This document shows, one piece after another, positions 1 through 9,148 of a stretch of 32,000 nt of DNA. The position numbers were made by a program, and so were the translations under genes. This DNA comes from Promethearchaeum syntrophicum (lineage in GTDB: Archaea > Asgardarchaeota > Lokiarchaeia > Sigyniarchaeales > Promethearchaeaceae). Location: positions 3,960,001 to 3,992,000 of the forward strand of contig NZ_CP042905.2 of NCBI RefSeq assembly GCF_008000775.2, read 5' to 3'. The notes beneath the pieces were generated by a model, which was not told the DNA's origin, ran no database searches, and saw only the letters and a list, made by a program, of their open reading frames with translations. Each line of letters opens with the position of its first letter. The stretch's first letter is position 1.

Positions 1-1
1 T

Positions 2-811
2 TATAAACGTGGTAAGATCGAAGTTGTAGCTCTTCGAGGATTAAATTGTACATTTAATCAAGGTGAGATAACAGTTATAATGGGACCGTCAGGATGTGGA
101 AAAACCACTTTATTGAATTTAATCGGAGGATTAGACCGTCCAAATTCCGGGAATATCATAGTTGATGGTCAAAATATTTGTCATTTATCAGATAATGAGC
201 TTGAAAAATATCGTAGGAACAAAATTGGATTTGTTTTTCAATTTCTAAATTTAATTCCAGAATTAACGGCAGAAGAAAACATAATACTTCCTTTGGAGCT
301 TTCAGGAACACTAACCAAAGAACGAAAAGAGTTTGTAAAAGAGTTATTAAATATTGTGGGATTGGAAGATCGGGTTGTCCATAGACCAGATGAATTATCG
401 GGAGGAGAACAACAACGGATAAGTGTAGCAGCCGCTTTAGCTAACAACCCAGATGTTGTATTATGTGATGAACCTACGGGAGAATTAGATAGTCAATCCA
501 AAAATGTAGTTTTTGGTTTACTTCGCTCTATAATAGAGCGATTTCCAAAAAAATCTATAATAATTGTATCTCATGATCCAGATCTAAAGCAAATTGCCGA
601 TAAGATGTATTATATTCGAGATGGTGCAATATCACATCATTTTTCCAAAAAAGAATTGGAAGAATTAAAGCATGGGACATCAGAACAAGATGATTTTTCA
701 AAACGAGACCCAAATCGTGCTAAAGAGGTAGCACTATTAGAATTAAGAGAACTATCGCATATAATAAATGAAAAAATTAAAAAAATCGATAAAAACCTTC
801 ATGCACAATGA
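2..811 (+). CDS. ABC transporter ATP-binding protein (LolD/MacB-like), 5'-truncated by the window edge
   Basis: Walker A GPSGCGKTT, Q-loop FVFQFLNLIPELTAEEN, signature LSGGEQQR, Walker B VVLCDEPTGELD, H-loop SHD. The frame stays open upstream of the listed ATG at 80 (YKRGKIEVVALRGLNCTFNQGEITVI-MGPSGCGKTT), so the real start lies left of the window. Confidence 0.95.
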   Translation, partial: YKRGKIEVVALRGLNCTFNQGEITVIMGPSGCGKTTLLNLIGGLDRPNSGNIIVDGQNICHLSDNELEKYRRNKIGFVFQFLNLIPELTAEENIILPLELSGTLTKERKEFVKELLNIVGLEDRVVHRPDELSGGEQQRISVAAALANNPDVVLCDEPTGELDSQSKNVVFGLLRSIIERFPKKSIIIVSHDPDLKQIADKMYYIRDGAISHHFSKKELEELKHGTSEQDDFSKRDPNRAKEVALLELRELSHIINEKIKKIDKNLHAQ

Positions 812-817
812 TGAATT

Positions 818-1390
818 CTAAACCAAATTCTGCTTTTTTTTCTCATTATACAATTTTAATGCATTTTCCATTGAATTTAGAATTAAACTTCTTTCGTCCT
901 CTTTTAATCCTTTAGCATATTCGGATATCTGTTCAATTATGAATGAAGCATCTTCACTTAACCGATCTAAGTGAACAAACTGCTCAATTACCTGTGCTGT
1001 TAAGAGATTTGAAAAAGTTGTACCATTTTGCTTTTTTAACATTTTCGCAACATCATAAATAGGAATCCCGAGACGAGTGTATTTATTGCGATATTCATGA
1101 AGTCCTTGAGATGTTAACTCTGCGCACACTAATTCTCGTAAATGGGGAGCTGCAATGAATTCAAGACCTAAACCTCCTAACCTTCTTAGAACATTAAGTG
1201 ATACATTTTTCGCGTCTTCCGTACCCAAATCAGTTTCTTCAATAAGAGAATCTATAATTTTCTGAGGATCGAATTTCATTAGTTCTCCACGAGTATTTTC
1301 CACAGTTTTTGGTAGAAGATCTTCAGGAGAAATTATTGATTTTTGTTTTTGCTTGTTTTGTTTGTTTGGATCAAATTTTATATTGAACAC
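818..1390 (-). CDS. Stand-alone ATP-cone domain protein, resembling the N-terminal allosteric domain of anaerobic/archaeal ribonucleotide reductases
   Basis: Segment TRGELMKFDPQKIIDSLIEETDLGTEDAKNVSLNVLRRLGGLGLEFIAAPHLRELVCAELTSQGLHEYRNKYTRLGIPIYDV matches the ATP-cone pattern, including the YTRLGIPIYDV end seen in NrdD-type N-termini. No catalytic reductase domain follows. Confidence 0.7.
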   Translation of the reverse strand: MFNIKFDPNKQNKQKQKSIISPEDLLPKTVENTRGELMKFDPQKIIDSLIEETDLGTEDAKNVSLNVLRRLGGLGLEFIAAPHLRELVCAELTSQGLHEYRNKYTRLGIPIYDVAKMLKKQNGTTFSNLLTAQVIEQFVHLDRLSEDASFIIEQISEYAKGLKEDERSLILNSMENALKLYNEKKKQNLV

Positions 1391-1507
1391 TTCTTACACC
1401 CTATTGAATTTTATCTCCAAATGTATAAAAATTTCAGTATTGCGAGATTATCGTAATCCTACGCTTACGACCAAAATCGACTATAAAATCTGAGATCTTT
1501 TTTTATT

Positions 1508-1795
1508 TTACTCTTGAAATAAAGAAGGATCTATATTTTCTCCACACGATTCACAGTAAAATTGAATTTTCAATTTAACTAGATCAATCATCTTTTGCGG
1601 AAATTCAATTCCACAAAAAGGGCAAAAAAATTGTTTTTTGAGGGCAGGGGGAGTATCCATACGACCAATATAATTATGGGGATTAGAAATCGCAGCCACT
1701 TCTTGATCTGAATGTGCTGAGGGGGTGTTCATACGACCTATATATTCGTCGGGGGACGCTCCAGCTAATTTTTTATATTCCTTTTTTTTCGACAT
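1508..1795 (-). CDS. Small zinc-ribbon protein with a duplicated YIGRM(N/D)TPxA motif
   Basis: CPFCG ... CESCG pair at the C-terminus; DEYIGRMNTPSA and HNYIGRMDTPPA in the N-terminal half. Confidence 0.6.
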   Translation of the reverse strand: MSKKKEYKKLAGASPDEYIGRMNTPSAHSDQEVAAISNPHNYIGRMDTPPALKKQFFCPFCGIEFPQKMIDLVKLKIQFYCESCGENIDPSLFQE

Positions 1796-1826
1796 AAAAT
1801 CAAATCTTCAAAAGCTATAACTCAAT

Positions 1827-2837
1827 TTAACTAATTAAATATTGTTGAGAATTTTTCCTCTTTTTTTTTTTTTTATTAAAAATTATTTGTATTGATATTG
1901 GTTGTTTTTTAAAGGGTGATATGGCTAAAATAGACCAATCTTCAGAGATTCCTACTGTTAGCATTGTTCCTTCATTTATTTTATATTTTTGAAGAATTTT
2001 TAGATTCCATAAATCATAGATTTTAATTTCTTTTTTTAAACTAATTGTTAGAAAATACTTACCATCATCACTAAATTTTACATAAGTTATTGATGATTTG
2101 ACCGGAATTTTTTTAATAATTTCCTTAGTTTCTAAATTCCAGAGAAATATGACTTTTTCTCTGCCTCCGGAGATTAAATATGGAAATTTAGGATTAAAAT
2201 CCATAGTATAGATCATTTTTCGATGGCCTTCCAACTTATAATTCAATTTTCCCGAGGGAAAATCCCACAAATAAATAGTATTCTCATCACCTATGCTTGA
2301 AAAAATCGGAATTCGAGAATTAATTTTTACTACATGAATTTTTTCTTTGGGACCCTTATCAGATTTGACAAAATTTGCTTTTTCAATTCGTATCCAGTTA
2401 TTATTTCTATCTTTGATGATTTTCCAGATAATTATAGTTCGATCTTCACCCGCTGATACTATATAGTCCTTTAAAGGATCAATATCTATTGAAAAAACCT
2501 TAGAATTATTATGCTGAAGCGTAAAAACAGATTTTTCTTCATTTATATCCCATATTTTGACCATTCCATCCTTTGATCCAGAGATTAAATAATGATTATC
2601 TTCACAGAATTTCAAGGATGTGATACTGGATGAATGTTCATTTAGAATTTTATGTTTTTCTATTCTTTTTAATCCTTCATTATCAATAATTTTCCAGATG
2701 ATGATATGTTTGTCCCAAGATCCACTAGCTAACCATTGATTATTCAAACTAAATTCAAGAATTCTAATTTCATCTTTATGATCGATAATATTGAGTGATT
2801 TCTCAGGTGAAAAATCAAAAAAACTATCGGAAATCAT
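1827..2837 (-). CDS. WD40-repeat beta-propeller protein
   Basis: About seven repeats ending in IIIWKI, VKIWDI, IIIWKI, IYLWDF, IFLWNL, IKIYDL, with upstream SG/SAG turns. Confidence 0.9.
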   Translation of the reverse strand: MISDSFFDFSPEKSLNIIDHKDEIRILEFSLNNQWLASGSWDKHIIIWKIIDNEGLKRIEKHKILNEHSSSITSLKFCEDNHYLISGSKDGMVKIWDINEEKSVFTLQHNNSKVFSIDIDPLKDYIVSAGEDRTIIIWKIIKDRNNNWIRIEKANFVKSDKGPKEKIHVVKINSRIPIFSSIGDENTIYLWDFPSGKLNYKLEGHRKMIYTMDFNPKFPYLISGGREKVIFLWNLETKEIIKKIPVKSSITYVKFSDDGKYFLTISLKKEIKIYDLWNLKILQKYKINEGTMLTVGISEDWSILAISPFKKQPISIQIIFNKKKKKRKNSQQYLIS

Positions 2838-3190
2838 TTTTTAAAATCCACATTACGATAGTCCAAAATAGGAACCCCTTTTAGATTATTTCTCAAAAGA
2901 ATCTCAACTCGTTCTGGAAATAGATTTTCTTGGATGATTTGACGATCAATAAAGACTCCAAAGGGATATTCTTTATTTTTTAATTCCATTTCTTGAAAAT
3001 GACCAAATCGATCAACCATGAAATTTCTCCTGTATAATTCAACATTAACAACCCCTCCGAGAGCATGACTATCTGCAAATAAAATCACTATCTCTTCCTC
3101 CGGAAAATTCTCTTCTTGAAATTTTTTGATAAAAGCAAGCGCTTCATTAGTAACGGAAATTTCGTACATCACTGAAGTTAATTCACACAT
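2834..3190 (-). CDS. Hypothetical protein, 4-bp overlap with the WD40 gene
   Basis: 118-aa ORF overlapping the downstream gene by 4 bp (ATGA-type coupling). Possible internal start at M8. No family recognised. Confidence 0.6.
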   Translation of the reverse strand: MCELTSVMYEISVTNEALAFIKKFQEENFPEEEIVILFADSHALGGVVNVELYRRNFMVDRFGHFQEMELKNKEYPFGVFIDRQIIQENLFPERVEILLRNNLKGVPILDYRNVDFKK

Positions 3191-3264
3191 GATAAAAATT
3201 CTATTCCTTTCAAAAAAATTAGATTATTAAAAAAAAAATTATAATTGAAAGCAAATTACCCAAA

Positions 3265-4449
3265 CTAACAATCTATTTTAAAAATCTCGTTTTGAAGTGG
3301 TCCAGTTACTTTTACAATTCCATTTCCATCAATATAAACATCTACTTCAGTACGTACTCCAATTTTTTCATTTGGCAAATATATTCCGGGCTCTACACTA
3401 TGAAGAATGTAAGGAACGATTCTTCGTTCATCTTTAGTCTCCAAACTATCCAAATGAACAGCGTTACCGTGGACTTCCTGCCCTATAGAATGTCCCGTGC
3501 GATGTACAAAATATCGCCCAAATCCTTTTTCATTAATGAAATCACGCGCAATTTTATCAAGTTCCCAACCAAAGCACTCTTTTCCTTCCCTAAATTTCTC
3601 CTTTTCGAATTTGATTACAAGATCTCTAGCATCTCTAACAATTTCCCAAATTTCTTGATATCTTGGGGGAATTTTTATTCCTGCATAGGCCATCATAGTA
3701 AAATCATAGAATATTGAGCCAGTTTTTTTCATTTTTGCCCAGGAATCAATGAGAATAATATCACCTTTCTTAATTTCCACAGTTGTAATTGCAGGATCAA
3801 AATGGGGATCTGCTGCATGGTCGTTTACTGACACTTGGGGGGGAGATTCCATACAATCTAACCCGTTTTTTTCCATCTGAGATTTCATCCAAAGTGAAAT
3901 ATCATATTCGGTAAAAGATTCATTTAGTTTTAACCTCCGTCCAATTTCTTGAAAAGCGCCAATTGTAATTTTATGCATTAATGGCATTGCTTCCATATGA
4001 GTCTGGAATGCATCTTCTTTTACCAATCCCTCATATTTTTGAATTAAATCCATTGAAGAAACAATTTCAACTCCAAAACTGCGAATCAACTCTCCGGTTC
4101 CTAAATCAATAGTTGAAATATACGGAATATTATTGTTTGGGGAATAATTCATAGCAATTTTTGAACCATTTGGGAGAATTTCCCTTAGGAATTTATGAAG
4201 TTCTTCCCATTTTAAATAATAATGCTCATCACCAGGTAAATTTGCTAGTTTTTTTGGTTCAACTTTACTTAAAATTTTTTGAGGATTTCCTTTCGCGGGA
4301 ATAAAATAAAACCACCTTCGGGAAGTATGTTTTTTTTCATCCAAATCTAATATTCTATAACTAATCATATCACGATTAGCAAAATCAAAGAATAACCATC
4401 CATCAAAGTTGAGTTCTCTAATGCTTTCTTGAATATCCAATAATTCCAT
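3265..4449 (-). CDS. M24 family metallopeptidase (Xaa-Pro dipeptidase/aminopeptidase-like)
   Basis: Metal-ligand regions IILIDSWAKMKKTGSIFYDFT, HRTGHSIGQEVHG, HSVEPGIYLP and GVRTEVDVYI, in the canonical order. Confidence 0.88.
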   Translation of the reverse strand: MELLDIQESIRELNFDGWLFFDFANRDMISYRILDLDEKKHTSRRWFYFIPAKGNPQKILSKVEPKKLANLPGDEHYYLKWEELHKFLREILPNGSKIAMNYSPNNNIPYISTIDLGTGELIRSFGVEIVSSMDLIQKYEGLVKEDAFQTHMEAMPLMHKITIGAFQEIGRRLKLNESFTEYDISLWMKSQMEKNGLDCMESPPQVSVNDHAADPHFDPAITTVEIKKGDIILIDSWAKMKKTGSIFYDFTMMAYAGIKIPPRYQEIWEIVRDARDLVIKFEKEKFREGKECFGWELDKIARDFINEKGFGRYFVHRTGHSIGQEVHGNAVHLDSLETKDERRIVPYILHSVEPGIYLPNEKIGVRTEVDVYIDGNGIVKVTGPLQNEIFKIDC

Positions 4450-4463
4450 GGTAATTTCTAATT

Positions 4464-5642
4464 CTATATAATAATCAAAGGAACATAAAGCTCGTCATCA
4501 CTTAACCCGCCATGGTTTCCAATCAATTCATGTCGAGTTTCACCAATTAATTGATCTCGGAGAATATAATTATCCTTCATTAACAAAATATAATCCCCTG
4601 TACGGTTGAATAATTGTTTATTGGGCTCAAACAAACCATAATAATTTTGATTGATAAGAATTTCTCCTTTTATTAATTCTCCAGCGTGATTTAGATGGGT
4701 TTTTATATAATTTTCAAAATCAGCCACTTTTGAAGGTCTAACATAGAAAAAAGGAGCGCGAGTTTCTCCACAAACGGGCATTGTCAGAGTTTCATAAAGT
4801 TTTGGATGATCCTTTAACCAAATTGTATGTTCAGGAGATGTATCGATAAGACCATGATCAGCGGTGACTAATAAACGAATTTTAGAATTTTTTTCTTTCA
4901 GTTTAAGAGAAAAATTTGCAATTTTCTTATCTAATTCTCGAAAATGATTTATTGCTCCTTGACTTTGTATCCCACATTCATGCGAAATTGTATCAAATTT
5001 GGACCAATAAGCACTTATATATTTTTTCTTAGTACCTGATGTTCTAGAAACAGTGGATAGAATTTTCTTAAGTAAATCATCGAAATTTTCATAGCCAATT
5101 TGCGAGCTACCTTCTAAAATGTAATTACTATATGCACTTCCCTTAAACTCTTTAGGAATTATTGAAAAATAATCGTACTTTAAGTGGGCAAAGAATTTCT
5201 TAAATGAACAGATATCAGAAAAATGAATGTTGTTTTTTCCAAGATGGAAATTAAATCCTCGCATTCCAAAGGGCATAATTACAGAAACCATACCAAGTTC
5301 CCTTAAATACGTGAACCAAGCAGGAACACCATGATTTTGAGGAGCTAATCCAGAGTAAAAGGTTGTCATCGCTGCAGATGTTGTTGTAGGAAAAACAGTA
5401 TTTATTTTTCCTTTAAGATTTTTAAATAAGAATGATTCTCTCCCATATTTTCTAAGGAAATTATATCCTAAACCATCAATTATCATTAATACAATCGTTT
5501 CATCGTTAGCGAGTTCATTTGGGCTTAAAATCTTTAAATTTGGGTAAGGGGAATCAACTTCAAAATGAGCAAGAATCGAACTCATTAAATTTACAATTGA
5601 ATTATCATTATAATCCGGAATTTGCATCTTCATCATTCTCAT
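4464..5642 (-). CDS. Alkaline phosphatase superfamily protein (type I phosphodiesterase/nucleotide pyrophosphatase-like)
   Basis: VLMIIDGLGYNFL, TVFPTTTSAAMTTFYSGLAPQNHGVPAW, LLVTADHGLID and GNHGGLSDDELYVPLIII. Confidence 0.85.
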   Translation of the reverse strand: MRMMKMQIPDYNDNSIVNLMSSILAHFEVDSPYPNLKILSPNELANDETIVLMIIDGLGYNFLRKYGRESFLFKNLKGKINTVFPTTTSAAMTTFYSGLAPQNHGVPAWFTYLRELGMVSVIMPFGMRGFNFHLGKNNIHFSDICSFKKFFAHLKYDYFSIIPKEFKGSAYSNYILEGSSQIGYENFDDLLKKILSTVSRTSGTKKKYISAYWSKFDTISHECGIQSQGAINHFRELDKKIANFSLKLKEKNSKIRLLVTADHGLIDTSPEHTIWLKDHPKLYETLTMPVCGETRAPFFYVRPSKVADFENYIKTHLNHAGELIKGEILINQNYYGLFEPNKQLFNRTGDYILLMKDNYILRDQLIGETRHELIGNHGGLSDDELYVPLIII

Positions 5643-6526
5643 TTTTTTTTTGAATATCGTTTTGCAAGTACCTCAACAATTTTTTTTCTTACTGCAAAAT
5701 CAGAAAGTTGAATTTTTTTTGCTTTACTACCCACCTTCTTGATGATTAGTGAAGCACAATTATCCAAGTCATATTTCTTCATGCATTTTTTAAGAATTCT
5801 ATCAAATTTTCCCTCGTTCATTGGTTCAATGAAAATTTTGATAACCAATTGTTCATCTTCTTTTTCATGTAATTTATTTGAGATTTTACCCAGATATTTT
5901 ACTTTTGCTTCGATATAATCCGAAACCAATTTTTCATTAGCGTAATTTCCATCAAAAAGGATTCTCGCTGAAGATAAAGTATCGATGTGAGAATCGATTT
6001 TTTGAAGAGGGAGTCTATTAATATCGAAAACACCCATTTGTAAGATTTTAACTTCATTTGTAGATAATCTTTTTAGCAAATATGGTGGGATACTTGGTAT
6101 TTTATCAACTATCTCAGCAATGGTTTTCCTTTTTGATACTGACTTACTTTTAATTTTGGAATCAGGTTTTTTCTTAGGTTTTATTGAAGATTTATGCACT
6201 CCAGTCCTAATTTTGGATGTTTTATGCGGAATCGTTTTTGAATTCCGGATATGATCATTTAAAATATGACTTTCTAAAGAGTAACCTTGAGGTTTCTTTT
6301 TACTATAAATAATAACTCCATCTGTACGTAATTGCTTAATTGATGTATTAGGAGTCCATTTTTGGGGGATATTGTTGAATTTTTTGAACTTTTCTAATAA
6401 TATCGAGGCAGAGGGGATCAATGGATTAGTTTTAAATAAATTTCTTAATTCCTTAATAAATTTAGGTGATTGCGTCAGTTGAATTTTGATTTGTTTTTGC
6501 TTTGTAGATTTTTTTTGAGGAGGCAA
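5639..6526 (-). CDS. Hypothetical basic protein, translationally coupled to the phosphodiesterase-like gene
   Basis: 295-aa ORF, 4-bp overlap with 4464..5642, very Lys-rich with a low-complexity central linker. No family recognised. Confidence 0.55.
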   Translation of the reverse strand: MPPQKKSTKQKQIKIQLTQSPKFIKELRNLFKTNPLIPSASILLEKFKKFNNIPQKWTPNTSIKQLRTDGVIIYSKKKPQGYSLESHILNDHIRNSKTIPHKTSKIRTGVHKSSIKPKKKPDSKIKSKSVSKRKTIAEIVDKIPSIPPYLLKRLSTNEVKILQMGVFDINRLPLQKIDSHIDTLSSARILFDGNYANEKLVSDYIEAKVKYLGKISNKLHEKEDEQLVIKIFIEPMNEGKFDRILKKCMKKYDLDNCASLIIKKVGSKAKKIQLSDFAVRKKIVEVLAKRYSKKK

Positions 6527-6615
6527 TGCATTTTACCTTTTAATTTAATTCAAGCGAAAAAAACCCATGACTTAAGAAAAATTTTTACAAAACTAAGAAA
6601 AGTCAATAAAATAGG

Positions 6616-7119
6616 TTAAACATGCATTTTTTTAATCAATTTGTATGTTTCATTCGAAGCACATTGAGGACAATTAGGTTTTTCTGTTAGACTTGAATTT
6701 TTTTCTTCATATTCAGGAGTAGCCCACTCAAAACCACAATTTAAGCAAGAATGACCGTAAAATGATGTTTTCAAAAGATTATTTGATTGATTTAATGTTT
6801 CGTTTTGAGTATTGTCTATAGCTGGACATGGGTTAGAAGTAGAATGAGATTGAATAGTTATACCAAGTCCTTCTACTAAAGCTTTTGTCATTTTTTGGTG
6901 AGCTTTTACAAGGATTCGAGAAAATGTTGTCTGAGATATGCACATTTCTTCAGCAGCATTGTTTTGCCTAAGATTTTCATAATGTTTAAGCCTTAATGCT
7001 TCAAATTCTTCTGCAGTTAAATAAATTTTCTCAAAATTCTCTTGTTTCATGCCCTTAGGGCGAAAATAGTTAAATCTCGGTCTAAAATGCGAAATTTTTC
7101 GATATTTATGTGGTCTCAT
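6616..7119 (-). CDS. DUF134-family HTH protein with a C-terminal zinc-ribbon-like segment
   Basis: RPHKYRKISHFRP...FRPKG...IYLTAEEFEALRLKHYENLRQNNAAEEMCISQTTFSRILVKAHQKMTKALVEG is the characteristic DUF134 pattern; CLNCGFEW...CPQC at the C-terminus. Confidence 0.85.
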   Translation of the reverse strand: MRPHKYRKISHFRPRFNYFRPKGMKQENFEKIYLTAEEFEALRLKHYENLRQNNAAEEMCISQTTFSRILVKAHQKMTKALVEGLGITIQSHSTSNPCPAIDNTQNETLNQSNNLLKTSFYGHSCLNCGFEWATPEYEEKNSSLTEKPNCPQCASNETYKLIKKMHV

Positions 7120-7212
7120 AACAAATTATGAATAATAAGTAAAAATTAATACTTATTAATTTCCCTTTTTAATTAAAATCAAATCAATTTAGGGAAAAAA
7201 AGGGATTTACGA

Positions 7213-8946
7213 TTAATCGTTTTTAAAATAAAACCAACGCAATTTCTCCGCAGCGGGATCATCATATTTCGAGTATAAAGGCTCACTCGCATTCGTAGCT
7301 AATTCTAACTTTTTCATTAATTCTTTTGCTTCTTCTAAATATTCCGGAAATACATTTGAATTATCAATTTCATCCTCTTCAAAACAATCTTTCAGAGAAA
7401 TTTTTAAAATATTACCGATTGTAGGATTGAATTTCAAATCCTGATCTTCATATTTTCTATGGACCCAATCTCCCGTTCCAAGATCCATTTGATATTCAGG
7501 GATAAATAAATAACCATAATCGGCTACAAATTCAATTGCGCTGCAAATAAAATCAAATTCTTCTTCATTTATGGTATAATGAAAATTAATTCTAGTCCAT
7601 CCTGGTTTAATTGATAAGCATCCCTTTTTCACAATATGACGAATTTCTTCAGATTTTTTAGATCCTATTTTCAATAAGTGATGTCCATAAACAGCAGCAC
7701 AGGAACAACCCGCGCGCGATTGAATACCAAAAAGATCATTCATGAGCTTTGTCGCAAATTTAGGATGTAGATACTTATCATTGTGAATAAATAAGAATGA
7801 GAAAATTGCAATACGTTTTTCAGGATCTTGGTTTCCTAAAATATTTATTCTTGGATTTTTTGATAACCTATCAAAAGCTTTTTTAGTATAATATTTCTCG
7901 CGTTTTTCAATTAAATCTATTCCAATTGATTCTTTTAAGTTAATAGCGAGACTGGCTTTGATAATCTGTAAAATTCCTGGGGTACCAGGTTTTTCTCGAG
8001 TTTCAATATCTTTAGTGTAGAGAACTTGACTACTACTCACATAATCAACTGTTCCACCTGCAGCATAAGTTGGGGGTAACAATTGATTGTACAGATCTTT
8101 ATTAAAAACTAATAATCCTGAAGAACCAGGCCCACCTAAGAATTTATGTGGAGAAATAAAAACTGCGTCAAAGTAAGATTCTTCATCATGGTTCATATCG
8201 ATTTTTACATAAGGAGCACTCGCTGCAAAATCAAAACACGCAAGGGCATTGTGTTTGTGTAGAATTCGAGCAACTTCATAAACCGGAGTTATTAATCCTG
8301 TAACATTGGAAGCAGCTGAAAAAGAACCGATTTTTTTTCTATTTTTGAAGGCAGGATCTGAAACTTTTTTTGCCAAATCTTCTAAATCCAATAGCCCCTC
8401 TTCAGTAATTCCAATTTCAATAACTTCATCAAAGGCTTCTCGCCACATAATATCATTCGAATGGTGTTCATATGGACCTACAAAAATTATTGGTTTTCTA
8501 GTTTTCATTTCTGCTTTTAATTGATTATAAAATTCTTTTCTCGCTTTATCATTTTTTACAAATGGTTGGATTATATCTTCAAATAATTCTTTTGTTGCTG
8601 AAGGAAGTCTCACTCCAATTATTTCTTGAAACTTTGAAATGGCAGCAGTTGATCCGCATCCAGTCTCAATAATTATCCCATTTTTTTCAGCATTAAAGGC
8701 TTTTTTAATATTTTTTTCAGCCCGATGCATTATTCCGGTCATATTTCTTCCGGTAACATCATCTTCTGTATGAGTATTTGCATAAATTCGTTGAATGTGA
8801 ATTAAATATTTTTCAATAAATCCAACAGATCTTCCAGATGCAGTATAATCAGCATAGGTTAAAAGCCGTTTACCATACGGAGTTTTAAAAAAGAAATCTC
8901 TTCCTATTATTTGATTTCTAATAAAATTAGTAGTAAGCTTTTTCAT
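7213..8946 (-). CDS. Class V aminotransferase / cysteine-desulfurase-like PLP enzyme
   Basis: ADYTASGRS, TGCGSTAAI, CFDFAASAPYVKIDMN, PLP-lysine region VFISPHKFLGGPGSSGLLVF, and Cys loop SRAGCSCAAVYGH. Confidence 0.85.
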   Translation of the reverse strand: MKKLTTNFIRNQIIGRDFFFKTPYGKRLLTYADYTASGRSVGFIEKYLIHIQRIYANTHTEDDVTGRNMTGIMHRAEKNIKKAFNAEKNGIIIETGCGSTAAISKFQEIIGVRLPSATKELFEDIIQPFVKNDKARKEFYNQLKAEMKTRKPIIFVGPYEHHSNDIMWREAFDEVIEIGITEEGLLDLEDLAKKVSDPAFKNRKKIGSFSAASNVTGLITPVYEVARILHKHNALACFDFAASAPYVKIDMNHDEESYFDAVFISPHKFLGGPGSSGLLVFNKDLYNQLLPPTYAAGGTVDYVSSSQVLYTKDIETREKPGTPGILQIIKASLAINLKESIGIDLIEKREKYYTKKAFDRLSKNPRINILGNQDPEKRIAIFSFLFIHNDKYLHPKFATKLMNDLFGIQSRAGCSCAAVYGHHLLKIGSKKSEEIRHIVKKGCLSIKPGWTRINFHYTINEEEFDFICSAIEFVADYGYLFIPEYQMDLGTGDWVHRKYEDQDLKFNPTIGNILKISLKDCFEEDEIDNSNVFPEYLEEAKELMKKLELATNASEPLYSKYDDPAAEKLRWFYFKND

Positions 8947-9023
8947 TTTCTTCCTTTTCCATATAAATCAAAATATCATACATAATTATTTATAAATAAT
9001 ATTCAAATGCTTTTAAAAGATAA

Positions 9024-9036
9024 GTTTTGTAAAAAC
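9024..9036. promoter_or_regulatory. Palindrome GTTTTgtaAAAAC in the divergent aminotransferase/Lrp intergenic region; candidate Lrp-type site
   Basis: 5-bp arms around a 3-bp centre. The core 11-mer TTTGTAAAAAC at 9026..9036 recurs at 9128..9138, just before the Lrp gene start. Confidence 0.35.
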
Positions 9037-9148
9037 AATTCCCCAATATTTATACAAAATGAATAAAACTTCATGATTTATTGATATTATATTAAATTCA
9101 TAAAAATAAAAAATAATTATTTATATATTTGTAAAAACTACATTCAAT

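Noticed and set aside
3292-3717. 141-aa plus-strand ORF
   Set aside because: Lies entirely antisense to the M24 peptidase catalytic region; aromatic/low-complexity translation typical of spurious AT-rich frames.
8306-8524. 72-aa plus-strand ORF
   Set aside because: Antisense to the well-supported class V aminotransferase.
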